A stretch of 64,000 bases of DNA from Podarcis melisellensis (Eukaryota): the NCBI GenBank assembly GCA_964234715.1, contig OZ174280.1; one strand, written 5' to 3'. The position numbers and the translations under genes were made by a program. Under the pieces are notes generated by a model, which did not search any database, was not told where the DNA came from, and was given only the letters and a program-made list of their open reading frames with translations. This document shows positions 63,296 to 64,000 of the stretch, piece after piece. Position 1 is the first letter of the stretch, and each line of letters starts with the position of its first letter.

Positions 63296-64000
63296 GTGAT
63301 GATGAATTTCTCCCATAATGTTTGTGCTAAAATTGGATTGTAATTTAAATTGGATGGTAATTTGATTAATTGTAGGAATGACATTAAAATGCATAATTAT
63401 CAAAACAGATTTCAGAATATCCTTTTTACCACAACACACTGACTGAACCTAGCAGAAGGGCCCCAGTTCCAAAACTAATCTATGCCTACTGAATTATTTT
63501 GAGATATCTAGTGGGCTTCCAGGAAAAAAATGCAGATTATAAAACCGGTTTATTTCTGGATTGGGAATTGGGGAAGTTTCCTACTCCCTAATTACAAGCC
63601 ACACCCTTTGTACAATTCTTAAATGTCTTGTTCTATGTCTTATTTTCCTCTTGGCAATAATGGAGCAGCTGTATGCTGTTCACGTTTACAAGTCTAGATC
63701 AGATGTAACACTTGCTGAATTTAAGGGTTGCAATTGGGAGTATACCTCACTGATTTTCAGGCCACCATGTGGGAGAGCATTCCATACTCCTATTGAGGTG
63801 ACTTTTCAAAGCAGAGAGGACTATTGCGGATGTGGCCCTTTCGTGCTGTCCAAACCACTGTGAGTTATGGCTTCTCCAGCCTCTAATTATGCAGTCAGCC
63901 CCCAGTCGCCTGTTCCTAACGAGGCTGACAGGCTAATCTCTCAAGAGCCCTTAATGTGTTATCATCTCTCGCTGGGTGACCTCATATTTCTAACTGCTTT

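Overview
This is eukaryotic, essentially non-coding DNA. The repeat content (Sauria SINEs, a BovB LINE fragment, lizard-type L2/L1/RTE/CR1 LINEs, palindromic hAT MITEs) points to a squamate reptile, most likely a lacertid lizard. Family names come from my own pattern recognition, not a database run. I cannot support any host protein-coding gene: the only ORFs with recognisable protein content are retrotransposon remnants (BovB, L1, RTE, L2, CR1). Between the repeats lie many 200-500 bp repeat-free blocks that retain CpGs and are rich in homeodomain, TALE and POU motifs. These look like conserved non-coding elements (CNEs) in a large intron or gene desert of a developmental regulator; this is inference and the gene is unidentified. 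The most notable observations are: (i) three odd-length N runs (189, 172, 260 nt) that each fall inside CNE-like sequence, possibly ultraconserved elements masked as contamination; (ii) a CpG-decayed minimal type-I hammerhead ribozyme at 54616-54655, plus two Penelope-type hammerhead remnants; (iii) perfect inverted repeats suggestive of template switching or arm-to-arm correction (7235-7288, 37655-37788); (iv) a BovB 5' junction with templated duplications; (v) a non-autonomous RTE derivative. I found no convincing evidence of a new multi-gene biological system.
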